The notes below the pieces were generated by a model, which saw only the letters and a list, made by a program, of their open reading frames with translations, was not told where the DNA came from and did no database searches. This document shows, in pieces, positions 1 to 9,929 of a DNA stretch of 64,000 nucleotides (position 1 is its first letter; each line of letters starts with the position of its first letter). Location of the stretch: assembly GCA_963977445.1 (NCBI GenBank), contig CAXBPH010000003.1, forward strand, positions 1 to 64,000. Reading direction: 5' to 3'. The DNA is from an uncultured bacterium. Lineage in GTDB: Bacteria > Hydrogenedentota > Hydrogenedentia > Hydrogenedentales > JAEUWI01. The position numbers and the translations under genes were made by a program.

Positions 1-25
1 GGTTCTTTTTCGGTGGGATGGCGAA

Positions 26-80
26 CCCAGGGCTCGCTTCGCTTCGCGCCTGGGCCAGGGTATGCCGCTCCTTCGGAGCT
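26..80. repeat. REP-like palindromic element
   Basis: cccagg...cctggg inverted arms followed by gctcc-ttc-ggagc hairpin; same layout as the element at 60489-60571. Confidence 0.45.
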
Positions 81-223
81 GATGGCCCGTCGTCCTGGGA
101 ATACGTAGCGTAGTAGGTGGCTATCCCTAATTGCCCCAATACAAAACTTTTCTGTTCTCTGCTTTTGTCATCCACTTTTGTATTTATGTCTTAAAACAAC
201 GAATAACTACGCCCAACAACACG

Positions 224-253
224 AAAACCGTGCCCGGATTTTCCGGATACGGC
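224..253 (-). terminator. Probable intrinsic terminator of the PEP-CTERM-type gene
   Basis: Imperfect GC hairpin (ccgtgcccgga/tccggatacgg) followed by TTTT on the minus strand, about 45 nt after the stop. Confidence 0.55.
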
Positions 254-297
254 TCGTTGTGTGTGTTGTGCTGCAGTGGCTGGTGCTTAGTTAATAA

Positions 298-924
298 TTA
301 AGCGCGAAGGCCTCGTTTCCGCTGGACGAGCCCGATGAGCCCCAGACCAAGCAGGGTCAAGGTGGCAGGCTCAGAGACCGGACTACCCGGATCGGCAGGG
401 TCGGGAACGACCATGGTTCCGGTAATCGCCAATTCAGAGTAATCCAACACCCACGCATCAAAACCGTAGAAGGTACGCACTTCGAAGGAAGTGGCACCGT
501 CGAGCAGACTGGCGAAGGCGGTGAGGTCAAAAACGTCTTCCCGGGCGTAGCTGGCCAACTCGGTCGTTTGACCGTCGGTCAGGTCCGCGACGTAGAGTCC
601 GTCAATGTAGAGTTCCGTTGCCCCGGCGGATCCAATGCCTTGACCACCCGTCAGCAGGGTAAGGGAGGCGCTGGTAATATCCGTCAGGCTTGAGACGTCG
701 TAGGTTTGGCTCCAGCTCTGGTTACCGAAAACCCATATGTCAGTAAAGCCTTCGTCATCAAATTCGGTCAGGACATCCCAGGGCCAAATCATGTCCCCGT
801 CCACGGCCCCGGTTCCAAACCCGTCTTTGTCGCCATAGAGACTGGTTATGGTCCCCGCGACCGTAGGCATGGCATAGAATGCTGCAATCAGTAGCATCGT
901 TACGGTGGTGAATTTCTTAAACAT
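298..924 (-). CDS. PEP-CTERM-type exosortase substrate (SEP variant)
   Basis: N-terminal signal peptide; C-terminal VSEPATLTLLGLGLIGL hydrophobic helix followed by basic tail QRKRGLRA. Confidence 0.85.
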   Translation of the reverse strand: MFKKFTTVTMLLIAAFYAMPTVAGTITSLYGDKDGFGTGAVDGDMIWPWDVLTEFDDEGFTDIWVFGNQSWSQTYDVSSLTDITSASLTLLTGGQGIGSAGATELYIDGLYVADLTDGQTTELASYAREDVFDLTAFASLLDGATSFEVRTFYGFDAWVLDYSELAITGTMVVPDPADPGSPVSEPATLTLLGLGLIGLVQRKRGLRA

Positions 925-1037
925 GGTGGTGTTTTCCTTGCTGCGTTGCGGTAATGAAGGGTGACGACCTATTCTCTTGGCGAATTATTGTCGTCATGGC
1001 CGTTTGTGTGTGTGTGCATGCCAACCACCACTTGTAA

Positions 1038-1054
1038 TGCAATCGCCGTGCCAA
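1038..1054 (-). promoter_or_regulatory. Sigma54 (-24/-12) promoter of the PEP-CTERM-type gene
   Basis: Minus strand reads TTGGCACGGCGATTGCA, matching TGGCAC-N5-TTGC. Confidence 0.85.
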
Positions 1055-1489
1055 TCCCAAACGAGCCCCTAATCACCACCGCATTCTTCCACAACATTGA
1101 TAAAACCTACCGTAGCGACTGTTTCCTATATTTTGATATTTGGACGCAAACTTGCCAATACGGTTCAATTGAGCATCATATCTTGTCGCATTTACGTAAT
1201 TTTCCCCTTGATATTATTGAATTTTAGGTACTATATACCATTTTTACACTAAATACACTTAGAAAATATCGAATCTATCGATTGCAACCCGACGGAAATG
1301 TAGGGCCAGCAACGGGAAAAATGGATGCCGTACGCACGACGGATGAAAGGCAACAAAATACGCTCAGGTACGTTTTAGAGGGAGAGCTACCAATTTGTCG
1401 ATCTTCGGGCACGGCGAAGCAGGGGCAATTTGCCGCTCATATCCCCATCGACGCAGTTTGCTGTCGCGAGCCCCTTGGACAGAAAAAAA

Positions 1490-3007
1490 CTACTCGGACA
1501 CCAACTCATTTGCCGTGTAATAGGCATCAGAATGGTCCAAGGGTGCCCCATCGTCGCTTAGCAGACCTTCCGCGTGGATCTCATGAATATAGTAGCGACG
1601 GATGGGATCGGTCACGAGGCGTATTTCCAGTCCATCGGCGCTGAGGGTGGCCGATTGGATGGCATGAGGCTGGGTATCCACCTCGGGACTGCCATAGTTG
1701 GCGTGGTACATGAGGGTGTAGCTCGACAGGGCGTAGGAGGAAAGGTCGGCGGCCGATTCGGGATTCACCGGCCGGGTGAAGCGCAGGGTGAAGCCATCGT
1801 GCTCCAGGCGCATCTCCTGGATTTCAAAGGGCACGGTGCCATCCCAGGTGACCCGGTCCATTCCGAAGGACTTGGTGCCATAGGAATTCCAGCCCCGATT
1901 ACTTTCGCCGACGAAGAGTGAGCCATCCTTTCCCCAGGCCATACGGAGCACGGCACTCTGGAAGCCCTCGAGAAAATTGAAACAGGCTCCCTGATAGACT
2001 CCATTGACCTTTTCCATGAAAACCCGGGAAATGGCAGCGGTAGTGAAATCGCCGACGAGCAGCTGACCCTTAAAAGGTCCGATCTGTTCGTCGTTCTCGA
2101 TACAAAGCACATCGGTCGTACTCATCCCGACCTTTTTATAGGGAAACCACACGGCGGGCAGGCTCAACAAGGGAAACTGGGCCTTGGCTTCCGGAAGGGG
2201 AATACCCGAAGGAATTTTTTCCGGTTTTGCAAAGGGCGCACCGGGCAACGCGCAATGCTTGAGGGAATCCACGTGGCCGTAGAAGGCCCCCTTACGAAGC
2301 TGGTGCAGGGACCCGGCAGGAATCCAATTGCCCTGCTGGTCCGTAAAAAACACATCGCCTTCCAGGTTGGCACCCAGTCCGGCCGGTGAGCGCATCCCCG
2401 CACACTGGGGCTCTATGTGACCGTCGGGATATACTTTGAGGCCCCAACCGCGCCAGGCATCCTGTTTGGGATAGTTGGCCTTGCCCATGCCGATATTGAG
2501 GGTAATCCAGAGGGCGCCATCGTTACTGGGCACGGCTCCATAGGCGTATTCATGGTAGTTGCCGGTAATCCCCCACCCATCGGTTACCGTGCGATAGACA
2601 TCGATGATGTCGTCGCCGTTTGAGTCTTCCAGGTGGGTCAGTTCGGACCGTTGCACCACGTAGAGCCCGTCGTCTTTGTTGAGCAGGTTCAGGGGCTCGT
2701 GGAGGGCCTCGGCGATTTTCTTGAAGGTCGTGGTGGCCGGGTTGTTGTCGTAGAGTCCGTCAACAATCCACACTTCCCCCTTGCGCAAGGCCACGACGAC
2801 GCGGCCGTCGGGAAGCACCTCCACTGCGCTCACCTCAAAGGCCACCCCCTCGGGTGGGTCGATGGGAAACAGGGTATACGCCGGGTTCGTTTCGGCCACC
2901 GCTGCGGTGCAGACAAAAAGGATCGGAATGGTCAACCACCCGAGACGCCGTGTATTGAAAAGTGTGTCCCGGTGGGTGTGACGCGTTGACCTTGAATTAC
3001 TTACCAT
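1490..3007 (-). CDS. Secreted glucose/sorbosone dehydrogenase-like beta-propeller protein (PVC-type)
   Basis: Signal-like N-terminus; GNYHEYAYG, GMRSPAGLG and FTDQQGNW segments resemble PVC dehydrogenase-like propellers; start overlaps the upstream cytochrome stop. Confidence 0.65.
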   Translation of the reverse strand: MVSNSRSTRHTHRDTLFNTRRLGWLTIPILFVCTAAVAETNPAYTLFPIDPPEGVAFEVSAVEVLPDGRVVVALRKGEVWIVDGLYDNNPATTTFKKIAEALHEPLNLLNKDDGLYVVQRSELTHLEDSNGDDIIDVYRTVTDGWGITGNYHEYAYGAVPSNDGALWITLNIGMGKANYPKQDAWRGWGLKVYPDGHIEPQCAGMRSPAGLGANLEGDVFFTDQQGNWIPAGSLHQLRKGAFYGHVDSLKHCALPGAPFAKPEKIPSGIPLPEAKAQFPLLSLPAVWFPYKKVGMSTTDVLCIENDEQIGPFKGQLLVGDFTTAAISRVFMEKVNGVYQGACFNFLEGFQSAVLRMAWGKDGSLFVGESNRGWNSYGTKSFGMDRVTWDGTVPFEIQEMRLEHDGFTLRFTRPVNPESAADLSSYALSSYTLMYHANYGSPEVDTQPHAIQSATLSADGLEIRLVTDPIRRYYIHEIHAEGLLSDDGAPLDHSDAYYTANELVSE

Positions 3008-5298
3008 GATATCACCTGCTCAATGCTTGTTCCTGCTTCCGTCACTGCGACAGGCAGAACCCATCCCGTTTCACCCGGGCCCGCCACGGGGGACGGTGCC
3101 GACGTCAGCGTAAGGGTCACCGCTCCGATTTTAAAGGTCGTCTCGTTGGTCTTCTCCCCTTTTCCCAAGCGGAGAAAAATGCTCTGGTCGGGCCCGCTGA
3201 AACGTAGTCTCCGCTGGAAGGAAGTGCCGCTCTCGTCGGGCCGTAGCGATTCCTCCACCTGGACAGACCCGATGGCATATTGAAATATGGGCACACGGCC
3301 TTCGTCCAGCCGATAGCCGAGGAAGCGCATGCTGTCTCTTGTCCAGGGCCCTTCCAGCGACGTGGCCAGACCGATGCCGGATGGCAAGGTAGCGACGGCT
3401 TCGCCCAGGGGCTTCACAAAGGGGGAAAAACGATCGGCCTGGGCCGACTCGGCATCGATGAATCGGCCGCGCCAGACTTCGGCGGGTCCCATGCGGAGGG
3501 CATCGAAAACATAGTGGATGCCGGCCGGAAAGCCGACGGCAATGGCATGGGTCCCTACGTCCTGCACAAAGGTGCGGTGCATCAGGGGGTAGTCCCGGGG
3601 TTTCAGCTCGAAGCTTGCGGTGTTCTCCATACCGAAGGGCAAGCGCGTTTCATTCACTTCCCGAAGATAAATCCAGAGGGCCTCGATCTGCTGATTGGCG
3701 TTTCCGTTGAAGAGCTTGCTGCCCTGACTCTTTCCCTCGAGGAAGAAGGCGGGCATACGGGTACCCGGGCGCAACGAGGCGGGGTCGAGCATATACTGCT
3801 TGAACCAGGCGGGCTGCAGGCGCGCCGGCACGAAGGCCAGATCCACCGCAGGAATACCGAGCGAGCGATGGCCGTTGAGGTTATGGCAGGTGACACAGCC
3901 GAGCCCTTCGGTGCCCATAAGTTCGCGGCCGTAATGATTGCGGTGGTTGTGCTCCAGGCCGGTCACGTTGATGGGCAGGGGTGTCGGGTTCTTATCCACC
4001 GCCAGAAAGGCTTCCGCCAGGGGTACCACATTGGCCTCACCAAAGTGTGGCATGCGGGTCGCCATGTAGGGACGCACGCGGCCTTCATCGGTGAGAATGT
4101 CGGTGAGCCATTCCGGGGTCAGTTTGCTGCCCACGGCCGTGAGGGTCGGCGGCATACGGCCTTCATCGCCCAAATCCTGGTCATCGGTCTCGCCGAAAAA
4201 GACTGCACGACCGGCTTCCGGGGCTCCAAGTCCATTGCGCTCGTGGCAGGCATAACAATTCAGCGCGAGGAGGCTGTGATTAATCGTGTCCGCCTGGGAA
4301 ACCTCCGCCGAGGTCACCGGTTGGAGAGCCAGCAGGGCGGCACGCTGTTCTTCCCCCAGGGAAAACCAGGGCACGCCCGCTGTCGGCGTCTCTGCCAGAC
4401 ACCCACGGGGTGACGGGGCTTCCGTCGCAAAGGACGGCGCAACCAGGGGGGATGCGGTGTCGCCCAGGGCATGACACGAGGCACAGTTCAATTGTTGAAA
4501 GAGCGCCTGGCCCCGTGCGGCTTTCGTCGCATCGATCGCGGGGGCCGCTGGAGGCGTCAGCCCATCATCGCCATCGCCATAGATGAGCCAATGGGCAATA
4601 TCCGTCGCCTCATCGTCGCTGAGGGTCATGTTCGGCATGCGCCCACCGGAACGAATCGCGGCCGGATCACGCAGGAAGGCGACGAGTGCTTCAGGGGACG
4701 TTTTGTCGGACAAGTTCGGCAGGGGAACGGAGGGCACCGCGATTGCAGCGGTCTCCACGTTGTCATCCCAGAATTCGTCCCCGGCCTTGGCCGCACCGGC
4801 CGCGCGGGTCGGAGCATGACAGGCCACACAGCCGACGGAATGAAACAGTTCTTCGCCATGCTGACGCCGTTCTGCCGAGATAGGAGCGACCGACGATGCG
4901 AGGGTGCCCCCCTGGCTGGCGAGAAAATGGGCGAGGGCCTCACTTGCAGCAGCCCGCGCTTCATCGCTCATACCCGCCATCATGTCGGGCATGAGGGTAC
5001 CGGGCTTGGTCGCCTCGGGGCGGGCAATGAATTCCTGAAGGTACTCCAGCCGAATCCGGCTGCCCACGCCATCGAGAATGGGTGCCTGGTGGGCCGGAAA
5101 AGCAGCGCTACGGGAGCCATGACATTGGGTGCACTTGAGCTCATTGTAGAGTAGTTCACCAGACGCAACGCCCGTCGCCCCATCGTTTCCGAAGCGCTCG
5201 AAGCCAACCACCATGGGTGCGGCGGAAGCGGGCGAGGCCGACATCAGACTTGCGCCCATCAGGACAGATGCAATGAGCGTAGATTGTTTGGGTACCAC
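3001..5298 (-). CDS. Multiheme c-type cytochrome (5 CxxCH)
   Basis: CTQCH, CVACH, CASCH, CYACH, CVTCH, several followed by Met-Pro motifs; GTG at 5298 has a GGGAG RBS and a signal peptide (ORF track extends to 5397). Confidence 0.85.
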   Translation of the reverse strand: MVPKQSTLIASVLMGASLMSASPASAAPMVVGFERFGNDGATGVASGELLYNELKCTQCHGSRSAAFPAHQAPILDGVGSRIRLEYLQEFIARPEATKPGTLMPDMMAGMSDEARAAASEALAHFLASQGGTLASSVAPISAERRQHGEELFHSVGCVACHAPTRAAGAAKAGDEFWDDNVETAAIAVPSVPLPNLSDKTSPEALVAFLRDPAAIRSGGRMPNMTLSDDEATDIAHWLIYGDGDDGLTPPAAPAIDATKAARGQALFQQLNCASCHALGDTASPLVAPSFATEAPSPRGCLAETPTAGVPWFSLGEEQRAALLALQPVTSAEVSQADTINHSLLALNCYACHERNGLGAPEAGRAVFFGETDDQDLGDEGRMPPTLTAVGSKLTPEWLTDILTDEGRVRPYMATRMPHFGEANVVPLAEAFLAVDKNPTPLPINVTGLEHNHRNHYGRELMGTEGLGCVTCHNLNGHRSLGIPAVDLAFVPARLQPAWFKQYMLDPASLRPGTRMPAFFLEGKSQGSKLFNGNANQQIEALWIYLREVNETRLPFGMENTASFELKPRDYPLMHRTFVQDVGTHAIAVGFPAGIHYVFDALRMGPAEVWRGRFIDAESAQADRFSPFVKPLGEAVATLPSGIGLATSLEGPWTRDSMRFLGYRLDEGRVPIFQYAIGSVQVEESLRPDESGTSFQRRLRFSGPDQSIFLRLGKGEKTNETTFKIGAVTLTLTSAPSPVAGPGETGWVLPVAVTEAGTSIEQVISW

Positions 5299-5516
5299 GG
5301 ATTGTCTCCCGTTGATTGCTCTAATGAATGCGCTTACTTGCGGCAGGGCCCTCGGGGGGACGGCCCCGACCTTCATCTTCGCCATGTATACCGTCAAAAT
5401 AGCGGCACCAAGACGAAGTCTCGCTGCCTCACCGTCATCGGGGTCGGTGCAGTCCCCGCGACCACCATCACCCTGCCAAACCGAACCCCGGATCGGTGCA
5501 GTCGCTGCGAGTCAAC

Positions 5517-6083
5517 TTACTTGCCGTCTCGTGCTGCAATGAGGGCATCAATCCAGGGGCGCAGATACTTGCCGTTGTCGTGAAAGGTCCGGCCGCTGAA
5601 GAGATTGCCGTCGATCACGGAAGCTTCATTCACAAAAATACCACCACAGACTTCCAGATCGAACTTACACTTCGGCACGGTCGCCATCTTACGGCCTCGG
5701 ACACAATCGGCGTAGGCGGGAATTTCCACGCCATGACACACGCTGGCCACGGGCTTGTTTTCGGCGAAGAAGTGCTTGGTCACCCGCACGAGATCTTCGT
5801 CGTAGCGGATGTATTCCGGTGCGCGACCACCGGAGAAAAAGATGCCCGCGTATTCCTCAGGCTTAATATCCTTAAAGGCGATATCGGACTGCAGGGTGTA
5901 CCCCTCCCACTCTTTCGTGATCGTCCAGCCGGGCTTCACCTCGTGCATGACCATCTGGTACCGGTGCACTTCCGGGCCGGCCACGACGGGCTCAAAGCCG
6001 TCTTCCTGCAGGCGGTAATAGGGATAGAGCGTATCGAGGGTTTCGGACGCATCACCAATAACAATCAGAACTTTGTTAGACAT
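5517..6083 (-). CDS. DJ-1/PfpI family protein
   Basis: KVLIVIGD, GGRAPEYIR, nucleophile-elbow SVCHG. Confidence 0.9.
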   Translation of the reverse strand: MSNKVLIVIGDASETLDTLYPYYRLQEDGFEPVVAGPEVHRYQMVMHEVKPGWTITKEWEGYTLQSDIAFKDIKPEEYAGIFFSGGRAPEYIRYDEDLVRVTKHFFAENKPVASVCHGVEIPAYADCVRGRKMATVPKCKFDLEVCGGIFVNEASVIDGNLFSGRTFHDNGKYLRPWIDALIAARDGK

Positions 6084-6147
6084 TAATTTATCTCCCATTG
6101 CCTCACCGTGGAATGCAGGTAAGGACATACATGATTATCAGATCCAG

Positions 6148-6483
6148 TTATTCTTTCGATTCGGGAAGCTTCTCATGGAGCCCTTCGGTCGGCGAATCTT
6201 CCGTTTGCCGATTCTGTTGCTCTTTCCGTAACCTGCGCAGGCGAAGCAAGGATTGGGCGCTGTCGGTTCCAAGAAGTTTCACGAAGCACAGGGCAAGAAT
6301 CATGACCACCCCAACGACGGTAACGGGCATGCCAATACCGAGGTCGGTGAAACGGTCCACGAGGAATCCAGCAAGAATCTGGCTCATGATAACCAGTATC
6401 ATGAGCCAGAAGGGCGTATCGATTTGTTTATGTAAGGACACGAAATACCTGTCGCGTGCTACGAAAATATAGGGTCGCAGCAA
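6148..6483 (-). CDS. Small hypothetical membrane protein
   Basis: Two hydrophobic segments and a charged tail; fills the gap between co-oriented genes; start uncertain. Confidence 0.5.
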   Translation of the reverse strand: MLRPYIFVARDRYFVSLHKQIDTPFWLMILVIMSQILAGFLVDRFTDLGIGMPVTVVGVVMILALCFVKLLGTDSAQSLLRLRRLRKEQQNRQTEDSPTEGLHEKLPESKE

Positions 6484-6489
6484 TTGTTA

Positions 6490-7410
6490 TCACGTCAAAT
6501 TCTTCAGACAGTCCTCAAGATATTCCTTCGAACGATTCAGTGCTGAAGTCGATTCCGGAATCGTGGGCATGATCGGAATCCCCCGGGGGGTAGGATGCAT
6601 AAACACCGAGGTCCATCCGGCGTATCCAATATCCTTGAGCCCTTGAAGAATGGGTACGAAGTCGAGGGGACCAAAGCCGGGTAACTGCTGCATTTCCCGC
6701 GCACGGGGCATGGGCTTGTGGCTACCAAAGCCGTGTTCCCAGGCATAAAAGTGACACAGCTTGGGGCCGATGTCACGAATCAGCTGGGCCTGTAACGGAG
6801 CGTCCTGGGGCAGATGGTAGGGCGCATAGGCGATACCCAAAGCCGGGCTCGTCGCTAATTCCGCAAAGTAGCGGAGGGAATCGGGACTATTGATCAGGGC
6901 ATTGCCATGATTTTCAATCCCGAGGACAACCCCCGCAGCTTCCGCCGCATCGGCCATAGGTTTAAGCTGCTCTACAAATTGCTGAACCGCCGCCTTCAGG
7001 CCGGACGCGTCCCCGTTGAATCCCGTACTGCCCGCAATAACAATCCGCGCACCGAGGCGTCCTGCAATCTTGAGCTCGTCCTGGAGCTTGAAGGGCCCGA
7101 GGTCATAGCGGGTCGTCATGCCCAATTGGACATTATTTTCCGCAAGTAACTTCTGGAAAGCTTCCTCGCCCATAGCGTCAAGCTCTTCGCGCTGACTACC
7201 GTGACTCTTCGGCCAGATATCGATGTGCGTCGCGCCGACCTTCGCCACCTCCGGGAGGATATCCTTCAGCGGGAGCTGACCATAGAGGCTTGAAGCCAGA
7301 ATATAGTCCAGCTTGAAGCCCCCTTCAGCCTGTGCGGCCCCAAGGGGCAGGGCGGCCGAAGCGGCGGCTACGGTCGTATACTTCAAAAATTCACGGCGTG
7401 TGGAAGCCAT
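6490..7410 (-). CDS. Tat-exported sugar phosphate isomerase/epimerase (xylose isomerase-like TIM barrel)
   Basis: TRREFLK Tat motif; GIENH metal-binding motif. Confidence 0.8.
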   Translation of the reverse strand: MASTRREFLKYTTVAAASAALPLGAAQAEGGFKLDYILASSLYGQLPLKDILPEVAKVGATHIDIWPKSHGSQREELDAMGEEAFQKLLAENNVQLGMTTRYDLGPFKLQDELKIAGRLGARIVIAGSTGFNGDASGLKAAVQQFVEQLKPMADAAEAAGVVLGIENHGNALINSPDSLRYFAELATSPALGIAYAPYHLPQDAPLQAQLIRDIGPKLCHFYAWEHGFGSHKPMPRAREMQQLPGFGPLDFVPILQGLKDIGYAGWTSVFMHPTPRGIPIMPTIPESTSALNRSKEYLEDCLKNLT

Positions 7411-7425
7411 GGTATGCCTCCTGTC

Positions 7426-8328
7426 TTACGCTTTGATTTTCATCTGTCCATTTTTCACCATCTGGGTGAAAAGTTCACGTTGCTCGATCAAGGCTTTCAC
7501 GCCATCTTCGACTTTCGTGCGGCACTCGAGCAAAATCCAGCCGTCATAATCCATGGCAACAAACATGTCCATGAGTTTCTGATAGGGATAATCACCCACA
7601 TTCAATTCACGGATGTGGGTCGTGGGACCGAAACGATCCTTCACGAGGTTGAAGTTGTGTTCAAGACCGTCACCAATCAAATCCTGGTCATTGGAATTCC
7701 AGCATATAAACACATTGGGATCATCGGCGATATCAAAGATAGCTTTCATGGTGGGCAGTTCGCAGCAGGAGCCGTGGACTTCCACCCGAATCTGCTGACC
7801 ATGCTCGCCGGCAAACTTACCCACTTCGTTGAGGGACTTGCCAATCTGCTCGATGGTCTTTTCACGGTCGACGCCCTCGTGGAAACTGTTGGGCTTCACT
7901 TTTACACCCGTCGCGCCAATATCGTGGCTCAACAGAATAAAATCTTTCGTACCCTGAATATTTTCTTTGAGCTTTGCAGGGTCCGGTTCGTCGTAATGTT
8001 GGTTGGTGCCCGGTCCCAGGCACGTCACCGGGCTATCCGCGAATTTCTTCTTAACTTCTTCGCGCTCGGCCTTGGAAATCGTCGGCTGTACACCATGGGC
8101 ATGTTCGGTGCGCAGCTCCACGGCCAATACGTCACTCGCCGTACAATTCTTGATGATGGTATCGAGATCCCAGTGTTCGCCCCAAAGATAGGTCACCAGG
8201 CCCAGGTGCATCTTGCTGCCGGGCATAGCCTTGGCAAAGGCCGGTGAAGGAAGTAGCGAAGCACCAAGAAATGCCGCCGCTGCCGCACCGGAGGATTGGA
8301 CGAAATTACGTCGTGACATTGATTTCAT
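7426..8328 (-). CDS. Tat-exported sugar phosphate isomerase/epimerase (TIM barrel)
   Basis: SRRNFVQ Tat motif; VEVHG and YDGWILLE motifs. Confidence 0.8.
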   Translation of the reverse strand: MKSMSRRNFVQSSGAAAAAFLGASLLPSPAFAKAMPGSKMHLGLVTYLWGEHWDLDTIIKNCTASDVLAVELRTEHAHGVQPTISKAEREEVKKKFADSPVTCLGPGTNQHYDEPDPAKLKENIQGTKDFILLSHDIGATGVKVKPNSFHEGVDREKTIEQIGKSLNEVGKFAGEHGQQIRVEVHGSCCELPTMKAIFDIADDPNVFICWNSNDQDLIGDGLEHNFNLVKDRFGPTTHIRELNVGDYPYQKLMDMFVAMDYDGWILLECRTKVEDGVKALIEQRELFTQMVKNGQMKIKA

Positions 8329-8483
8329 GTGTGAAGCACTCCCAACCTGTTCATATTTCAGTAGATTGCCGTCGCGGCGACCACTATGGTGCGGACAAGC
8401 GTATATCGGCTGAGGATAGGCAATTCCTCGTGAAATTTCCAATTTTTTCTGGGATCGGCCATCACTACCTGGCGCGAGAAGCG

Positions 8484-9545
8484 CTATGGCTGACCAAAAA
8501 GCCGCCGGGACTGGGTCATTTCCACGTTTGGCATGGTTTCGAAGAGCGCGGGCGGATAGACGATATTTATGGGCCCCTCCCGCTCACCCCGATGCCAAGC
8601 GGCCAGCAATTCCAAGCCCTCCGCCGCCGCTTCGCGAACAGGTAGCCACAGGTGAGCACAGGCCTCCGTCAACACCGCCGCATCGTTTCCATAGGTCCAG
8701 ACGACGGCCTCAAAGTCTTTTCCACACACCCGACCGGCACGTCGGGAACCTTCGCGAATACTCGCCGCATCTTCGGTGGCACTGCAATCCACCATGGCCG
8801 TGACGTTGCCATCCACCAGAAGGCGATGCACAATATTGGCGTTATCATTCGTTTTGAAGTTGACCGACTGCATGAGTCGCTCATCGGGCGCGATGCCCGC
8901 TTCTGCCAACGCACGCAGGTAGCCCCGTTGCCGATCAAGACCCGGTTGAAAATTGGCGAAGGCACGGAGCAAGGCTATGGAGCGGTGGCCCCTGTCAATG
9001 AGGTACTTGGTGCTCATGTAGGCCCCCAACTCATAATCGGCCGTGGCGCTGCTGCACTCGGGGAAGGAGTCGAGTCGACCGAGACTCAGGTAGGGAACGC
9101 CATAGCGGTGAATTCGCTCGATGACCGTATCGCCGATCTCCAAGGGGTTGAGCAGAAGACAGGCGGAAAAGAGATTTTCCCAGATACTTCGACCATAGTC
9201 GCCCTGGGGATCATCGGCGCAGGGGCACATGTCGAAACAGATGCGTCCCCCCTGGGCACCGAAGACACGATGCATTTCACTGAAGAGCCACTGTATGAAG
9301 GGGTGGCTCAGGGGCAACTCTTCGGACGTCGACGAACGCACAACCCCGATACAGCTCGGACGACCACCACGAAGCGCACGGGCCCCCACATTGGGAAAAT
9401 AGCCCAGCTCATCGATGATCTGTCGTACGGCCTCACGGGTGGCCTGGCCAACCCCGCTTTTCTCATTGATCACCCGGCTGACGGTATTGGCCGAAACCCC
9501 GGCACGGGTCGCCACATCATAAATGGTCGGTCTCTTAGTACCCAC
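8484..9545 (-). CDS. LacI family transcriptional regulator
   Basis: TIYDVATRAGVSANTVSRVIN HTH, hinge YFPNVGARAL, periplasmic-binding-type domain; GTG at 9545 has an AGGAG RBS. Confidence 0.92.
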   Translation of the reverse strand: MGTKRPTIYDVATRAGVSANTVSRVINEKSGVGQATREAVRQIIDELGYFPNVGARALRGGRPSCIGVVRSSTSEELPLSHPFIQWLFSEMHRVFGAQGGRICFDMCPCADDPQGDYGRSIWENLFSACLLLNPLEIGDTVIERIHRYGVPYLSLGRLDSFPECSSATADYELGAYMSTKYLIDRGHRSIALLRAFANFQPGLDRQRGYLRALAEAGIAPDERLMQSVNFKTNDNANIVHRLLVDGNVTAMVDCSATEDAASIREGSRRAGRVCGKDFEAVVWTYGNDAAVLTEACAHLWLPVREAAAEGLELLAAWHRGEREGPINIVYPPALFETMPNVEMTQSRRLFGQP

Positions 9546-9596
9546 GAAAATCAACTCCTGCTTCGGTCCGCCCCCGCCTATCGTCACCGCCTATCG

Positions 9597-9614
9597 TAAC
9601 ATTATCGATAACTC
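9597..9614. promoter_or_regulatory. Candidate LacI operator 1
   Basis: TAACATTATCGATAACTC contains the CG-centred palindrome TTATCGATAA; near-copy at 9787-9804. Confidence 0.55.
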
Positions 9615-9756
9615 TTAGTCTACTCCCTACTTTCCTCCCATAGAAGTTCGGCGCATTTCCAAAACACCAATTTTAATTAACTTGTTTATTTACAATATAT
9701 TACAGCAACCAACAACAGAACAACCACCCAACATTAATCTATTCGTATATAATCAA

Positions 9757-9804
9757 TTGACGTAACACCCCTTTCCTGCTACCATTTAACATTATCAGTT
9801 ACTC
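9757..9804 (+). promoter_or_regulatory. Sigma70 promoter of the DUF1559 gene with adjacent candidate operator 2
   Basis: TTGACG-N17-TACCAT with extended -10 TG; TAACATTATCAGTTACTC begins 2 nt downstream. Confidence 0.65.
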
Positions 9805-9929
9805 ACGAATTGATTCATTATTATTTGGTTGGCGGGGCCTGGAGACCCCCGCGCACGCACAGGGCAGTACCGGCAGTATCCCTTTTCTTTCGAACCGTAC
9901 ACCTATTCTGCTAAACCGTGGAGAGACCT

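Noticed and set aside
961..1644. Short plus-strand ORFs between the PEP-CTERM and propeller genes
   Set aside because: No RBS or motifs; they overlap a regulatory AT-rich region and the end of a real gene
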